Source: Promethearchaeota archaeon
Lineage (GTDB): Archaea; Asgardarchaeota; Lokiarchaeia; Sigyniarchaeales; SOKP01
NCBI GenBank assembly: GCA_030599585.1
Contig: JAUVNS010000030.1
Location: 1 to 28,283, forward strand
Length of the DNA stretch: 28,283 nucleotides
Direction of reading: 5' to 3'
The number at the start of each line of letters is the position of its first letter. Positions within the stretch are counted from its first letter, which is position 1. Both the position numbers and the translations under genes were made by a program. A model generated the notes under the pieces. The model did no database searches, had not been told where the DNA came from, and saw only the letters and a list, made by a program, of their open reading frames with translations. Below, piece after piece: positions 8,357 through 17,550 of this stretch.

Positions 8357-9739
8357 ATGAAATCCAAATCTATTAATGAAAAAAAAAAAAAAATTACTAG
8401 ATCCATGTCAGATTTAAAATTTAAAAAGCATACCCAAGAAAAATTGGATGAAATAAATTATTATTATAAAACTTGGTTTAAAATAGTTAAAAGACAAAAT
8501 TGTTACATAATTGACGCATATGCCGGAACTGGTTATGATCATATAGATACCGAAAAATTACCAGGTTCAGCTTTATTAGCGGTTGATTTATTTAAAACAG
8601 ATGCACTAAATAAATTTAAACTCATTCTTATTCAAATCGATCCTGAACAATGTGAATTATTAAAAAGAAATATATTAGATTTTATTTCAAAAAATAATCT
8701 AAGCATCTCTCTTAATGAACAGATTCAAATCTATGAAAACGATTGGGTACTAGTTATGGATCAGATTATAAATAATACGAAAGATGGTGTTCGATTATTT
8801 TTTTTAGATCCTACTGGAAATAAGTCATTACCTTGGAATGAGTTAATTAAGTTAGTTATTCAAGGTAAGAGTGAATTTGGTTATAAAGAGAGTGGTGTCG
8901 AGTTATTAATTAATTGGGGATGGCATGGTGTAAGAAGAATAATAGGAAAGTATTTTAGTGATAGAATTAACCATTCAGAGGAAGATAGAACAGAAATCGA
9001 GAATTTACATAATTTTTTTGGACCCTTAGATTGGAAGCAAATAGCTAATAATTATGAACCAAATATCTTTGATAAAAATAATAATGAACAAATCGAGAAA
9101 TTTAGTGATGAGCTTGTACAAGAATACATAAAACCCTTTTTTAAATATTTTAAATATTTATGCATTCATCCAGTATATGCGCGTATAAAAACTAAACAGG
9201 TAGGGATCAAAAAGAGAGGAAAAATAGTCTATTATCTTATTTTTGCATCAAATTATATTGATGCTCCTAATATTATCAGTCAGAAATTTAAAGAGTATAT
9301 AAATAAAGAATATTATCTACCAAGAAGCCAGAAAAATTTGACTGAATTTTTTGGAAAGAATATATCAAAAAAAGAACCAGTAAGAAGAATTACAATAAAT
9401 GATAAAATAAAAAATTTGCAGAAAAAATTGAAGTTAAGTTTAAATGAAAAAACTATCAGAATTATAAAATATCTATATAGAAGGCGTTCTTATGACTATG
9501 GTTGCTTTGATTTTGCGTTATACAATGAGTTCAATATTGATGAATCTGATTCAGACTTTAAGCTTTTACTAAATAATGAAATTATACAAATAAGAAAAAA
9601 GAATTTTAAATCTGGAGATGTAGGAACATATCTATTTTTGGATCATAAAACCTTAGTGAATCGTAATGATTATTTATATTTCAAGGACAAAATATTCCAA
9701 TACAAAAAAGGACGTTATTTAGAAATTCAAGAAAATTAA
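8357..9739 (+). CDS. tcmP: Three-Cys-motif partner protein (TcmP / GMT-type SAM-dependent methyltransferase-like fold with C-terminal wHTH-like region)
   Basis: HTQEKL...YY..W, YIIDAYAGTG, GSALLA, FFLDPTG, ELLINW and YYLIFAS are the TcmP motif series. The true start may be the ATG at 8405. Confidence 0.85.
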   Translation: MKSKSINEKKKKITRSMSDLKFKKHTQEKLDEINYYYKTWFKIVKRQNCYIIDAYAGTGYDHIDTEKLPGSALLAVDLFKTDALNKFKLILIQIDPEQCELLKRNILDFISKNNLSISLNEQIQIYENDWVLVMDQIINNTKDGVRLFFLDPTGNKSLPWNELIKLVIQGKSEFGYKESGVELLINWGWHGVRRIIGKYFSDRINHSEEDRTEIENLHNFFGPLDWKQIANNYEPNIFDKNNNEQIEKFSDELVQEYIKPFFKYFKYLCIHPVYARIKTKQVGIKKRGKIVYYLIFASNYIDAPNIISQKFKEYINKEYYLPRSQKNLTEFFGKNISKKEPVRRITINDKIKNLQKKLKLSLNEKTIRIIKYLYRRRSYDYGCFDFALYNEFNIDESDSDFKLLLNNEIIQIRKKNFKSGDVGTYLFLDHKTLVNRNDYLYFKDKIFQYKKGRYLEIQEN

Positions 9740-9794
9740 GTTTTTTATTCGAAAATGACAAATGTTAACCAACAAAAGATAATAAACTTAAGTA

Positions 9795-10742
9795 TTAAGA
9801 AGTAATCCCCTGTGTTTTTACATCATTTAATATCATCATTTTTATGATTGATTCTTTCCATTTTATTCTTGGATGATTATATAATTTCTCATAGTATTGA
9901 TAAACGTGTTCAAATTTTAACCGGGGTTTTATAAATTTGATAAACTCCTTTATTTCCCCTGTTCTTAGGGCAATTGGAATATACTGCGTTTTCAGTAAAC
10001 CAATCCAAATAGTTCCTATGTCTCTTTCATAATTTAAAGGAGATAAATAAGGTTCTAATCTCTCGATTAATTTGAATGGAGTGGAATCCAGTAGAGGTTC
10101 AATACTTATTGAAGTATTAAATCCATTTACTGTTGCATATTGGAGTGATTCTAATCTTTCTTCAAAGGTTGGAGCATTAATTTCTAAAATTTTTAGGATT
10201 CTAGAACTGGTAGAACCAATAGTAAATCGATAGGTCATTGTTTCTTTGTAATCTTGAAATAATTTGCATAACTTCTTTACTACTTTTAAAGAGGGTTTAA
10301 CAGTCACTAATACAGAGTTATCTGCTTCTAATAGTTTTTTTAATACTATTGTGCAAGCTGAAAAATAGGGTTCGTCAAGAATTATATTATGAGACGTTGG
10401 AAACATTATATCGTAGGGTTGTGAGCCTTTCTTCCTAACTTTAGAATATTTCTTATCAACAGCTCTAGAGTTTATTTCCATATTTTTCCAGGTTTCTTCA
10501 GTGCATCTTTTATAATGCTTTGCAATACCTTTTGCATAACAATATAGGCAATACATTCTACAGCCCTTAATACAATTAATTTCTCTTCTGGCCCATTCTC
10601 TAGTTCCCATTTTAATATTAGATAAGAGATTTTTTTTTTCTTCCATTGAAGTAGTTCGTTTCAACTTTAATTTATAATTGTTATTGTTGTTATCTAATAT
10701 AACATTGCTTTCAGTTGTGCAGTCAAAAGTTCTACTATTCAT
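9795..10742 (-). CDS. Radical SAM protein (SPL/DUF5131-related), convergent partner of TcmP
   Basis: GTREWA..EIN...GCRMYCLYCYA (Cx3Cx2C), EINAPTFEERLESL, SISIEP, IWIG. The start may be further downstream. Confidence 0.85.
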   Translation of the reverse strand: MNSRTFDCTTESNVILDNNNNNYKLKLKRTTSMEEKKNLLSNIKMGTREWARREINCIKGCRMYCLYCYAKGIAKHYKRCTEETWKNMEINSRAVDKKYSKVRKKGSQPYDIMFPTSHNIILDEPYFSACTIVLKKLLEADNSVLVTVKPSLKVVKKLCKLFQDYKETMTYRFTIGSTSSRILKILEINAPTFEERLESLQYATVNGFNTSISIEPLLDSTPFKLIERLEPYLSPLNYERDIGTIWIGLLKTQYIPIALRTGEIKEFIKFIKPRLKFEHVYQYYEKLYNHPRIKWKESIIKMMILNDVKTQGITS

Positions 10743-11233
10743 AGTTCCTAATTTGCTATAGTCTTTTTATTTATGCTTATCTTTATATTAAGGGTATGTA
10801 CGATTTTTCATTTTTAAATTTCAACTTTATGACATCTAATTTTATATTTTGATTAGAGATTTAAGGTATAATAAGGGTTATATTTATCAAATAATTCAAT
10901 TAAATCAAGAAAATCGTATTTAGTATAAGAGTTTATGTTCACATCGTTAGTTTTATGCCCAATTAATCGTTTAGCGACTTCATTTGAGCATCCCATCTCT
11001 TTTTTTCTCAAAGTATTTAGCGTGCTTCTAAATGTTTTGCAGGTGATATTTTCCCTTCAGACGATTCATTTTTTATTAGACGAATGCAAGGAATAGAACA
11101 GAAGTTTAGGAAAGATTCCATTGGAGATTTACTATCATGGATTGAGAATTCAATTAGTTGGAATCATGATAGTACTGATTATACCCTCCAATTAAGTGGT
11201 GATAATTATAATCTAGCTAAGCATTCACTTTTA

Positions 11234-12547
11234 CTATATAATGACCGCACATATGATAATTTTAGGTTTTGAATTAGATTTTTTTCTTTCTTTCTGATAT
11301 TTCTTTACACTAATAAATTCTCCTAAATCAGAATTAATCTTGTTTCTAATTTCTATTAACGATTTACTCTTAGAAATAATTTTAAAAAAAATGTCATCCC
11401 TACTAGTCAGAAATAATAGAGTAGATATAACATTTTTTACATCTTGAGAGGTAAAATTTTGAGATTCAAAACTAAAAAATTCTTTTTTTAGACCTACTTT
11501 AAATGGTTGTATCGATTCCTCCATTTTTCCATCTAATAATAATATAGTTCCTTTTAAAAAATATCCAAACCCATCATAAGGTATTAACTTCGTATACTTG
11601 TCAAGTAAGTCAATAGCTGGTTTAAACTGGTTTGATTTCACTAAAACAAATGTTAGAAATAGAATAATTAATCCATTACTGGAATTAATTTCTTGAATTG
11701 CTCTTAAATGTTCAATAAATTCAAATTTATCTTCAATCTCTAATTCAATCGTTATAAAACTCATTAAAACAACGACTATATAAAATAGGTTGAGGGGTTT
11801 GTATTCAATCATATTCATATTAACAAGATATTTTTCAGCTTTCTTAAAATCACGTTCTAAGAAATATCTCCTATATTTAACCGCAAAAATTATAAATCTT
11901 TCAATTAGAGAATACCTTGATTCCACTATCAATTCATTACTTTCAAGCTCCTCAATTAACCACTGAAAAAAAATAGAAAACTCACAATTATGCTCAATAT
12001 CATCGAATAAAGAATCAAATAAAATAATATTCGGAAACAATATTAGTTTAAAAACATCTTTAAGTGAGGAACACATATTAATTAACTCCTCAAAAATCCC
12101 TTCCTCCATATTCGATATTAGTAATTTTCCTGAAAAAAATGAAGCATATCTGAGACAAATCCATAAATATACTCTAATTAATAATTTCTCATTTGAAATG
12201 CTTGGATTTTTTAAAAATTCGAATATCATTCGATTTGACCAGGCATTAATCCTAAACTTTTTAATAGAAACACCAGGATTTAAGATATATTCAACTACTT
12301 TTTGGATTGAGAAATCATTCACTTTAACTCCTTTTGTTAAAAATCTTTCTGAGCGTATTTTTAAATAATCTAACATTTGTTCCTTTGTATTTTGAGTAGA
12401 TGATTCATAGTTAGATAGATAAGAATCTAAAGGTAGATTTAGGAGCTTAAAATTTATATCTTCTAATTCTTTAATAAGTGAGTTAATTTGAAATGTTCTC
12501 AAATGGTTTATTACTTCTGTCTCAACTGTTTTTATTTCATCTGCCAT
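11234..12547 (-). CDS. Helical hypothetical protein with C-terminal TPR motifs
   Basis: QFKPAIDLLDKYTKLIPYDGFGYFLKGTILLLDGKMEESIQPFKVGL is TPR-like. AGGA RBS. Confidence 0.75.
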   Translation of the reverse strand: MADEIKTVETEVINHLRTFQINSLIKELEDINFKLLNLPLDSYLSNYESSTQNTKEQMLDYLKIRSERFLTKGVKVNDFSIQKVVEYILNPGVSIKKFRINAWSNRMIFEFLKNPSISNEKLLIRVYLWICLRYASFFSGKLLISNMEEGIFEELINMCSSLKDVFKLILFPNIILFDSLFDDIEHNCEFSIFFQWLIEELESNELIVESRYSLIERFIIFAVKYRRYFLERDFKKAEKYLVNMNMIEYKPLNLFYIVVVLMSFITIELEIEDKFEFIEHLRAIQEINSSNGLIILFLTFVLVKSNQFKPAIDLLDKYTKLIPYDGFGYFLKGTILLLDGKMEESIQPFKVGLKKEFFSFESQNFTSQDVKNVISTLLFLTSRDDIFFKIISKSKSLIEIRNKINSDLGEFISVKKYQKERKKSNSKPKIIICAVII

Positions 12548-12774
12548 AATTAATCCTTTTTAAATGGATTTTCAATCACTATTACTAATTAAGATATATA
12601 TTACTTCTGATTATAACTCTTGCCAAGTTTACATGTAGATTGTAGTTTTTAGATTTAATAACCTTTCCATCTTTTATACGCTAATCTCTTTTGAATTTCA
12701 AAAATTATTGTAATTTTAATTGATTCAAATTTAATATTAAAAAAAAAAAAGTAGTTAATTTTTAAGTTCATCGA

Positions 12775-12960
12775 CTATATATTGACCGAAGTAATCCTGA
12801 CTCTCGACCTTAAAGTAATTATTATTGTCTGTTTGTGTTTAAAATAGAGAAAGACAGCTATGCTTGGATCTAATGTTCTATTTTTCATTAAATCCTGAAT
12901 TGTAAGTATGTTCATATTCAATTTCCTAATGTCCAATACAAAATGATTGAAATTTAGTGT
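12775..12960 (-). pseudogene. Fragment of a VirB11/CpaF/FlaI-type secretion ATPase
   Basis: HFVLDIRKLNMNILTIQDLMKNRTLDPSIAVFLYF matches the IRK...T...L...T......FL segment that precedes Walker A. Walker A itself is lost. Confidence 0.6.
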
Positions 12961-13120
12961 TTTTAAATTAGACGAATATAGCGGGTCTTTAAGCGAATTT
13001 ATACTTGGGATCGTTATTGGGCTTATCATTTTCTTAGTAATTATCGGACTTATCTTCGGATTTCTCGGTTGGGCTGGAGAATCTTTTAAGGATCTTTATA
13101 ATTTGACCGTGACTGGATAA
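12947..13120 (+). CDS. Small Flp/type IV pilin-like protein (57 aa; not in the ORF track)
   Basis: TTG start: MKFSVFKLDEYSG|SLSEFILGIVIGLIIFLVIIGLIFGFLGWAGESFKDLYNLTVTG*. Gly, then an early Glu and a long hydrophobic helix, as in class III signal peptides. The 5' end may be a junction. Confidence 0.5.
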   Translation: MKFSVFKLDEYSGSLSEFILGIVIGLIIFLVIIGLIFGFLGWAGESFKDLYNLTVTG

Positions 13121-13417
13121 TATTATTATCTTCCTTAATAATTACAATAAAGTTTACTAAATTCAGATTTTTAAATCCTTCCTTAAGTTTATTATTATAA
13201 AAAATATATAAATAACCAGAATAAGCGAAATGAGTACCTGATCAAATTTATAGATTGAAAATCTGAAAGTTAGATTGCCGCATAATATAAATCAGTGTAT
13301 ATTTTTTTACAAATCACTTAAAAAAAAAATGAAGTTAGGTTAGGTTTTGGTTTTTCTCTAGCTCCGTTCCGCTGAAGTATTGCAACCAGATGTTAATTCA
13401 ACGCGTAAATAAAAAGT

Positions 13418-13957
13418 TTAGTAAGGATCACTATATATTACTTTGATGTATTCTATGTATAAAGCTGGTCTTGGGTAATGATACCACCATGAAGGCCCAT
13501 GATCGATTGTTATATATTCTACTCTTTTATTCGAATCTAATGTATATCCTTCTGTATCATAACCTCCTCCAGTTGGGTATTCATCAAAACGATCACTTCC
13601 TCCTCCATAATAATATACAATTATACGCAATGGAATACCACTTGCAGCGTCATAACGAAATTTCAAACTAAGATATACAACAGGGTAATTGGAGGAAGGA
13701 TAATTAAATCCGATTGTCACTCCAAATTGCCATCCTATAAATAAACCATAATCCGTCGAATGCCAATGCACTTCATCACTATCATCATATTTAAGGCTGT
13801 CTACGTCACCATATACATCGTATCCATAATATTCAGAAAAACCATTAGCATATTTTGTTACGGGAGGTCGGTATGCTACAGTTAGAGGAGCTATCAAGAC
13901 AAAACCACAAGCAAGTAAACAAAAGAAACTAATTTTTTTAATCTGCTTTAATCTAAT
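13418..13957 (-). CDS. Secreted Tyr/Trp-rich beta-rich protein (ORF track 13418-13897; signal peptide extends to an ATT codon)
   Basis: The in-frame upstream extension IRLKQIKKISFFCLLACGFVLIAPLTVA forms a complete signal peptide. AGGAG RBS at 13968-13964; TTTAAATA TATA at about 14036-14043. Confidence 0.75.
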   Translation of the reverse strand: MRLKQIKKISFFCLLACGFVLIAPLTVAYRPPVTKYANGFSEYYGYDVYGDVDSLKYDDSDEVHWHSTDYGLFIGWQFGVTIGFNYPSSNYPVVYLSLKFRYDAASGIPLRIIVYYYGGGSDRFDEYPTGGGYDTEGYTLDSNKRVEYITIDHGPSWWYHYPRPALYIEYIKVIYSDPY

Positions 13958-14167
13958 AATACTCTCCTATTTTTTCTATAATTAAAAATCGATTTTTTTG
14001 TCAGATTTCGGTAGTGTATATTGAGTTACTCTAGTATTTAAATATTATTCTAAAAATTATGATTTAAAAAGGACTTGAAAAAAAAATTCCAGTGCATATT
14101 GCACATTCTGCTCTAAATTTTTTCGGTTCTTGATGTTTCACGAGTTCAAGGCCGATGTACTAAAGTT

Positions 14168-14560
14168 TTATTGTCCAATTCCTATTAATGCAGCAACTAA
14201 AAAAATCACTAGAATAAAAACCGAACAACCGCATGTAAAAAGAACTAATAAAATTAGATATTTTGGAAATAATTCGTTAAAAGTCTTATTTTTAACATTA
14301 TTTAATACTCGAAATTCGTCGTCTGAGGCTTTCACTACCTTAAAAGACTTACATATAAACAGTAAAATGAGTCATAAAAATCAGAAAGTATAATTTGGTG
14401 AGAAAAAATACGAGAGAAATAAAGAGATAATTGATTTGTAGAATAAGATTGGGTTTTATGAATAGTGATTCTTTTTTTACCATTAAAAACAGCGTCGTTC
14501 TTCTTTGCTGGAGGGACATCTAGCATTGAAACTGCACATATCGGGCAAAATAAGAGCTTA
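14168..14560 (-). pseudogene. Degraded zinc-ribbon + membrane protein
   Basis: KLLFCPICAV..., then a frameshift to SIISLFLSYFFSPNYTF*FL*LILLFICKSF...LVIFLVAALIGIGQ*, with TGA stops at 14381-83 and 14372-74. Confidence 0.45.
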
Positions 14561-14593
14561 GTGCGTTTACTTATCTTACTTACGGAAAAAAAA

Positions 14594-15232
14594 TCAAGTT
14601 TTAAGAATAATTTCTTTCATCACCTTTAAACTCTTTTCGGCTCTAGTGCTTTCATAAGATATCATTTCATCGATCTTTTTTCTCGCCCATGAGACCCTAT
14701 CTTTTCCAACGGGAATTTGATCTAGGATATGTTCAACAACCCAATGATTGTGTGCAATTCTACAGCTATCTGAGAATTTCTTTATTTTTGTGGTTTTTTT
14801 CTGCTTAGTGAAAAGAGGTATCATTTTAGAAAGTGGACTTCCAGATTTTAAGTCCTTCTTTTTAATTTTTGGTCTTTCGTTCTGTATCCACCATTTTCTC
14901 GCAGCCTCAGGTTTGTGACCAAAATCATCCTTATATTTTTTACAAAAAGGACACATAAAAGACCAATCTTTTCCATCAAAAATTTTTTCAATAATCTCTA
15001 TAAAAGAATTTCTCTCTCCGTCGCGTTCAGGATTAAAAAGGGTGTTTAATCTGACCGCATTCATAATAGGACTTGTGGAATCAATTGTCAAGTTAGTCTC
15101 AGCACCCATTGCTAAAGATAATATAGGGAACAAGATTGGAGCTCCAAGCCCAAGCCCATGAAATGAAGCCAATTCTTTACCTTCACTCTTATATCCATCA
15201 GTTAAACCACGAATAATTTCTGCAAATCTCAC
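14594..15232 (-). pseudogene. C-terminal half of a tRNA/DNA-guanine transglycosylase (TGT/DpdA-like) protein
   Basis: FHGLGLGAPILFPIL, TIDSTSP, CPFC and IAHNHW match the TGT C-terminal motifs (H..G, D.DS, Zn site, HN). The N-terminal catalytic half is absent. Confidence 0.7.
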
Positions 15233-15246
15233 GAAACGCCTTCTAA

Positions 15247-15369
15247 TACCTTGATGCCAACAAAAAAGTCTCTTATGTAACTTTATTTGCCCGTGATCCG
15301 GTCATCGGTGGTGGTTTTCAACAAGATATTTATGTCGATTATCTCTATATAGGATACAGTAACTTGTAG
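15247..15369 (+). pseudogene. 3' fragment of a paralogue of the 13418-13957 secreted protein
   Basis: YLDANKKVSYVTLFARDPVIGGGFQQDIYVDYLYIGYSNL* aligns with YTLDSNKRVEYITIDHGPSWWYHYPRPALYIEYIKVIYSDPY*. Confidence 0.65.
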
Positions 15370-15557
15370 GATACCTTAAATTCTTAATTTAATTTTTTTT
15401 TTTAATCAATATAATTACAATTTCCAGAAGTATTTTTATATTAACGAAAACGAGATTTATTCTTGGAGTTTAGTTTGAAAGCGTAAACGAAATAAAGATC
15501 AACTCTTCGGAGCATTCTTAATGTTTAAGACGAAAATAAGGATAAAACCTCGTCAAA

Positions 15558-15869
15558 AGGAATTTAACCAGAGGAGCAAATAATTATACTGGAATAAATC
15601 ATATCACTATAATTGAGGATGCACAATATTTTGCGCCTTAGGGTTTAACAAAAAAGTCAAAATTAACAAGTTATTTAGAAGACATTGCTCTACTGCAGAG
15701 AGGTATAGGAGAATGTTTAATAACCATAGCAACGCGTCCAAATATTAGTAAGGAGATATTAGCGAATATAAAATGTTTATATCTCTGGAGACTATCTAAT
15801 AAAGAAGTAGCAAGTTTTAGATTAGAGGGAATTTATGATAATGAAATAATAGATCATCAATTGAAATGA
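15558..15869 (+). pseudogene. Fragment of a HerA/VirB4-like P-loop ATPase
   Basis: HITIIEDAQYFAP*...EDIALLQRGIGECLITIATRPNISKEILAN: Walker B, the RG.G arginine motif and TRP...ILAN. In-frame TAG at 15639. Confidence 0.7.
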
Positions 15870-16248
15870 ATAAATGTACAATAGCAATAATCTATGATCT
15901 TTGGTTTTCTGATTTTGGAATGCTATCTCATTGATTTTTAGCTGGTCAATGGAAAATCATCAATACTATTGCCTGCGGTGAAGACACAGTCTGTCTATGC
16001 ATTTTCTTCAGAAGAAATTGTAACACTTATCAAAACTTAAAGCTATTTTCTTCAGAATTACCTTTGGATGTGATAGAACTAGGTAATTATACATCATTAT
16101 GATATATAAATGTTGAATCCTTTCAGTTTAATTGCTTCTGTAAAAAAATAAACATTTATATGTAACCTTATCTTATTTTATTCTTTGAAAATTCAATTTA
16201 CAAAATTGTCTATTAAATATTCAAATCAAATTCTAATTAAGTGATTGT

Positions 16249-16527
16249 ATGAAGAGAATAAAAGGATATTATTATTTAGTAATATTTTTAACAACATCAT
16301 TGTTTATTATGATGAGCTTTAATTCAATTATAGCAACTAATACTGACCCGAGAACGGACCAGATCCCCCAAACAATACCAACTGATCCTACTAATACTGA
16401 CACAAGAACTTATACTGGTGATGATCCTGGTTTTGAACCCTTTCTGTTTATTGGAACACTTATAACTTTTGGGATCATAATCATTTATAGATTTCATTAT
16501 CTTTCAAAAAAGCGTTTGTCTGTCTAA
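16249..16527 (+). CDS. Tiny sortase substrate: signal peptide + Thr/Asp/Pro-rich peptide + PGF/Loki-CTERM-like sorting signal
   Basis: N-terminal signal peptide, then TNTDPRTDQIPQTIPTDPTNTDTRTYTGDD, then PGF, a TM helix and a basic tail (YRFHYLSKKR). Confidence 0.8.
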   Translation: MKRIKGYYYLVIFLTTSLFIMMSFNSIIATNTDPRTDQIPQTIPTDPTNTDTRTYTGDDPGFEPFLFIGTLITFGIIIIYRFHYLSKKRLSV

Positions 16528-16550
16528 CAAAACCTCAAATCATCTAATGG

Positions 16551-17453
16551 TCAAATTCTTTTTCTTTCTTTTTTTATTAGGTATAAATAATAGATTGAGA
16601 GATATAGCTCTGGGGACAATTTAAAGGTGATAAATACATAGAATAGGACTCCAAAGAAGGATGTAAATAACAATAAAGTTTGATGAATTTTATCATGTGG
16701 AATTCCAATAGAGGGTAAATAACAAAGAGTAGTCAGCCGTAAGATATTTAAAAAATACAGACCTAGATTCGTAAAAATAAGAACTTTTGTCTTTCTCCAT
16801 AAGAGATCTTTCTTGTTATCTGAAGAATTAGACTGGGGTATTAAAACAATTGATCCCGTAATAATACTAAAAAAGGGTGCAGCGGTACAACGATTTACTA
16901 TAACAGCAGTCCAAGTACTATTAGGAACAAAAATTGCGGGATTTCCTCCCCATCCCGGGGGAAAGATTACTTCTGCGTTTGAATTAAAAATCAAATTGAG
17001 AAAGAATACAGTATTAATTGAGGTAATTTCGTTTAACCAATAATTTATTTCCATATAAAGCCATAAATAAATTAGAAGAGATAATAACGGAGCTCCCAAA
17101 ATGAAAAGAAAAATTGAATTTTTAGAAAATGAATATTCTTTTCCATTATGGAGTAGTAATGGAATTTCATGATTATTTTGTTTAAATTCATAATTATTTT
17201 CAATATTAATTTGTTTTAATTTACATTTACTATTTAGTGCCTTTTCATTATAGTGCAATTTTCTTATACTATTATGAAATCTATCAACTAAAATATAACT
17301 GAGAATTACAAATATTGTGAGTATGGTTATTACCATTATGAATTTTGCGTCTAACTCCATCTCATTAATGAAAGTTCCCATGAGAAAAGCTAACAATATC
17401 ATTAGTGATAAAAAGACCCATATTTTTATTTTATTGCTAATATTCTGATTCAT
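16551..17453 (-). CDS. Exosortase/archaeosortase family protein (archaeosortase H-like)
   Basis: Multi-TM protein with IVNRCTA (Cys189), LNILRL (Asn236/Arg239) and KIH (His257), the family Cys/Arg/His triad. Confidence 0.85.
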   Translation of the reverse strand: MNQNISNKIKIWVFLSLMILLAFLMGTFINEMELDAKFIMVITILTIFVILSYILVDRFHNSIRKLHYNEKALNSKCKLKQINIENNYEFKQNNHEIPLLLHNGKEYSFSKNSIFLFILGAPLLSLLIYLWLYMEINYWLNEITSINTVFFLNLIFNSNAEVIFPPGWGGNPAIFVPNSTWTAVIVNRCTAAPFFSIITGSIVLIPQSNSSDNKKDLLWRKTKVLIFTNLGLYFLNILRLTTLCYLPSIGIPHDKIHQTLLLFTSFFGVLFYVFITFKLSPELYLSIYYLYLIKKERKRI

Positions 17454-17550
17454 ATTGATACAAGTTTATACTAGATCTTTAGTTTATTCAAATTATTAGA
17501 CTAAGTTATCTAAAAGTGAATAGATTTATAATTCGTTTAGAGTATTATTT

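Noticed and set aside
8379-8392. Homopolymer phase variation (A-run in tcmP; also runs near 5190 and 18320)
   Set aside because: Long A/T runs are common throughout this AT-rich window, the frames are intact, and tcmP may start downstream of the run.
11000-11272. ORF 11084-11272 and upstream coding-like sequence
   Set aside because: Probably a gene remnant, but it overlaps the end of the TPR gene and I cannot assign a family.
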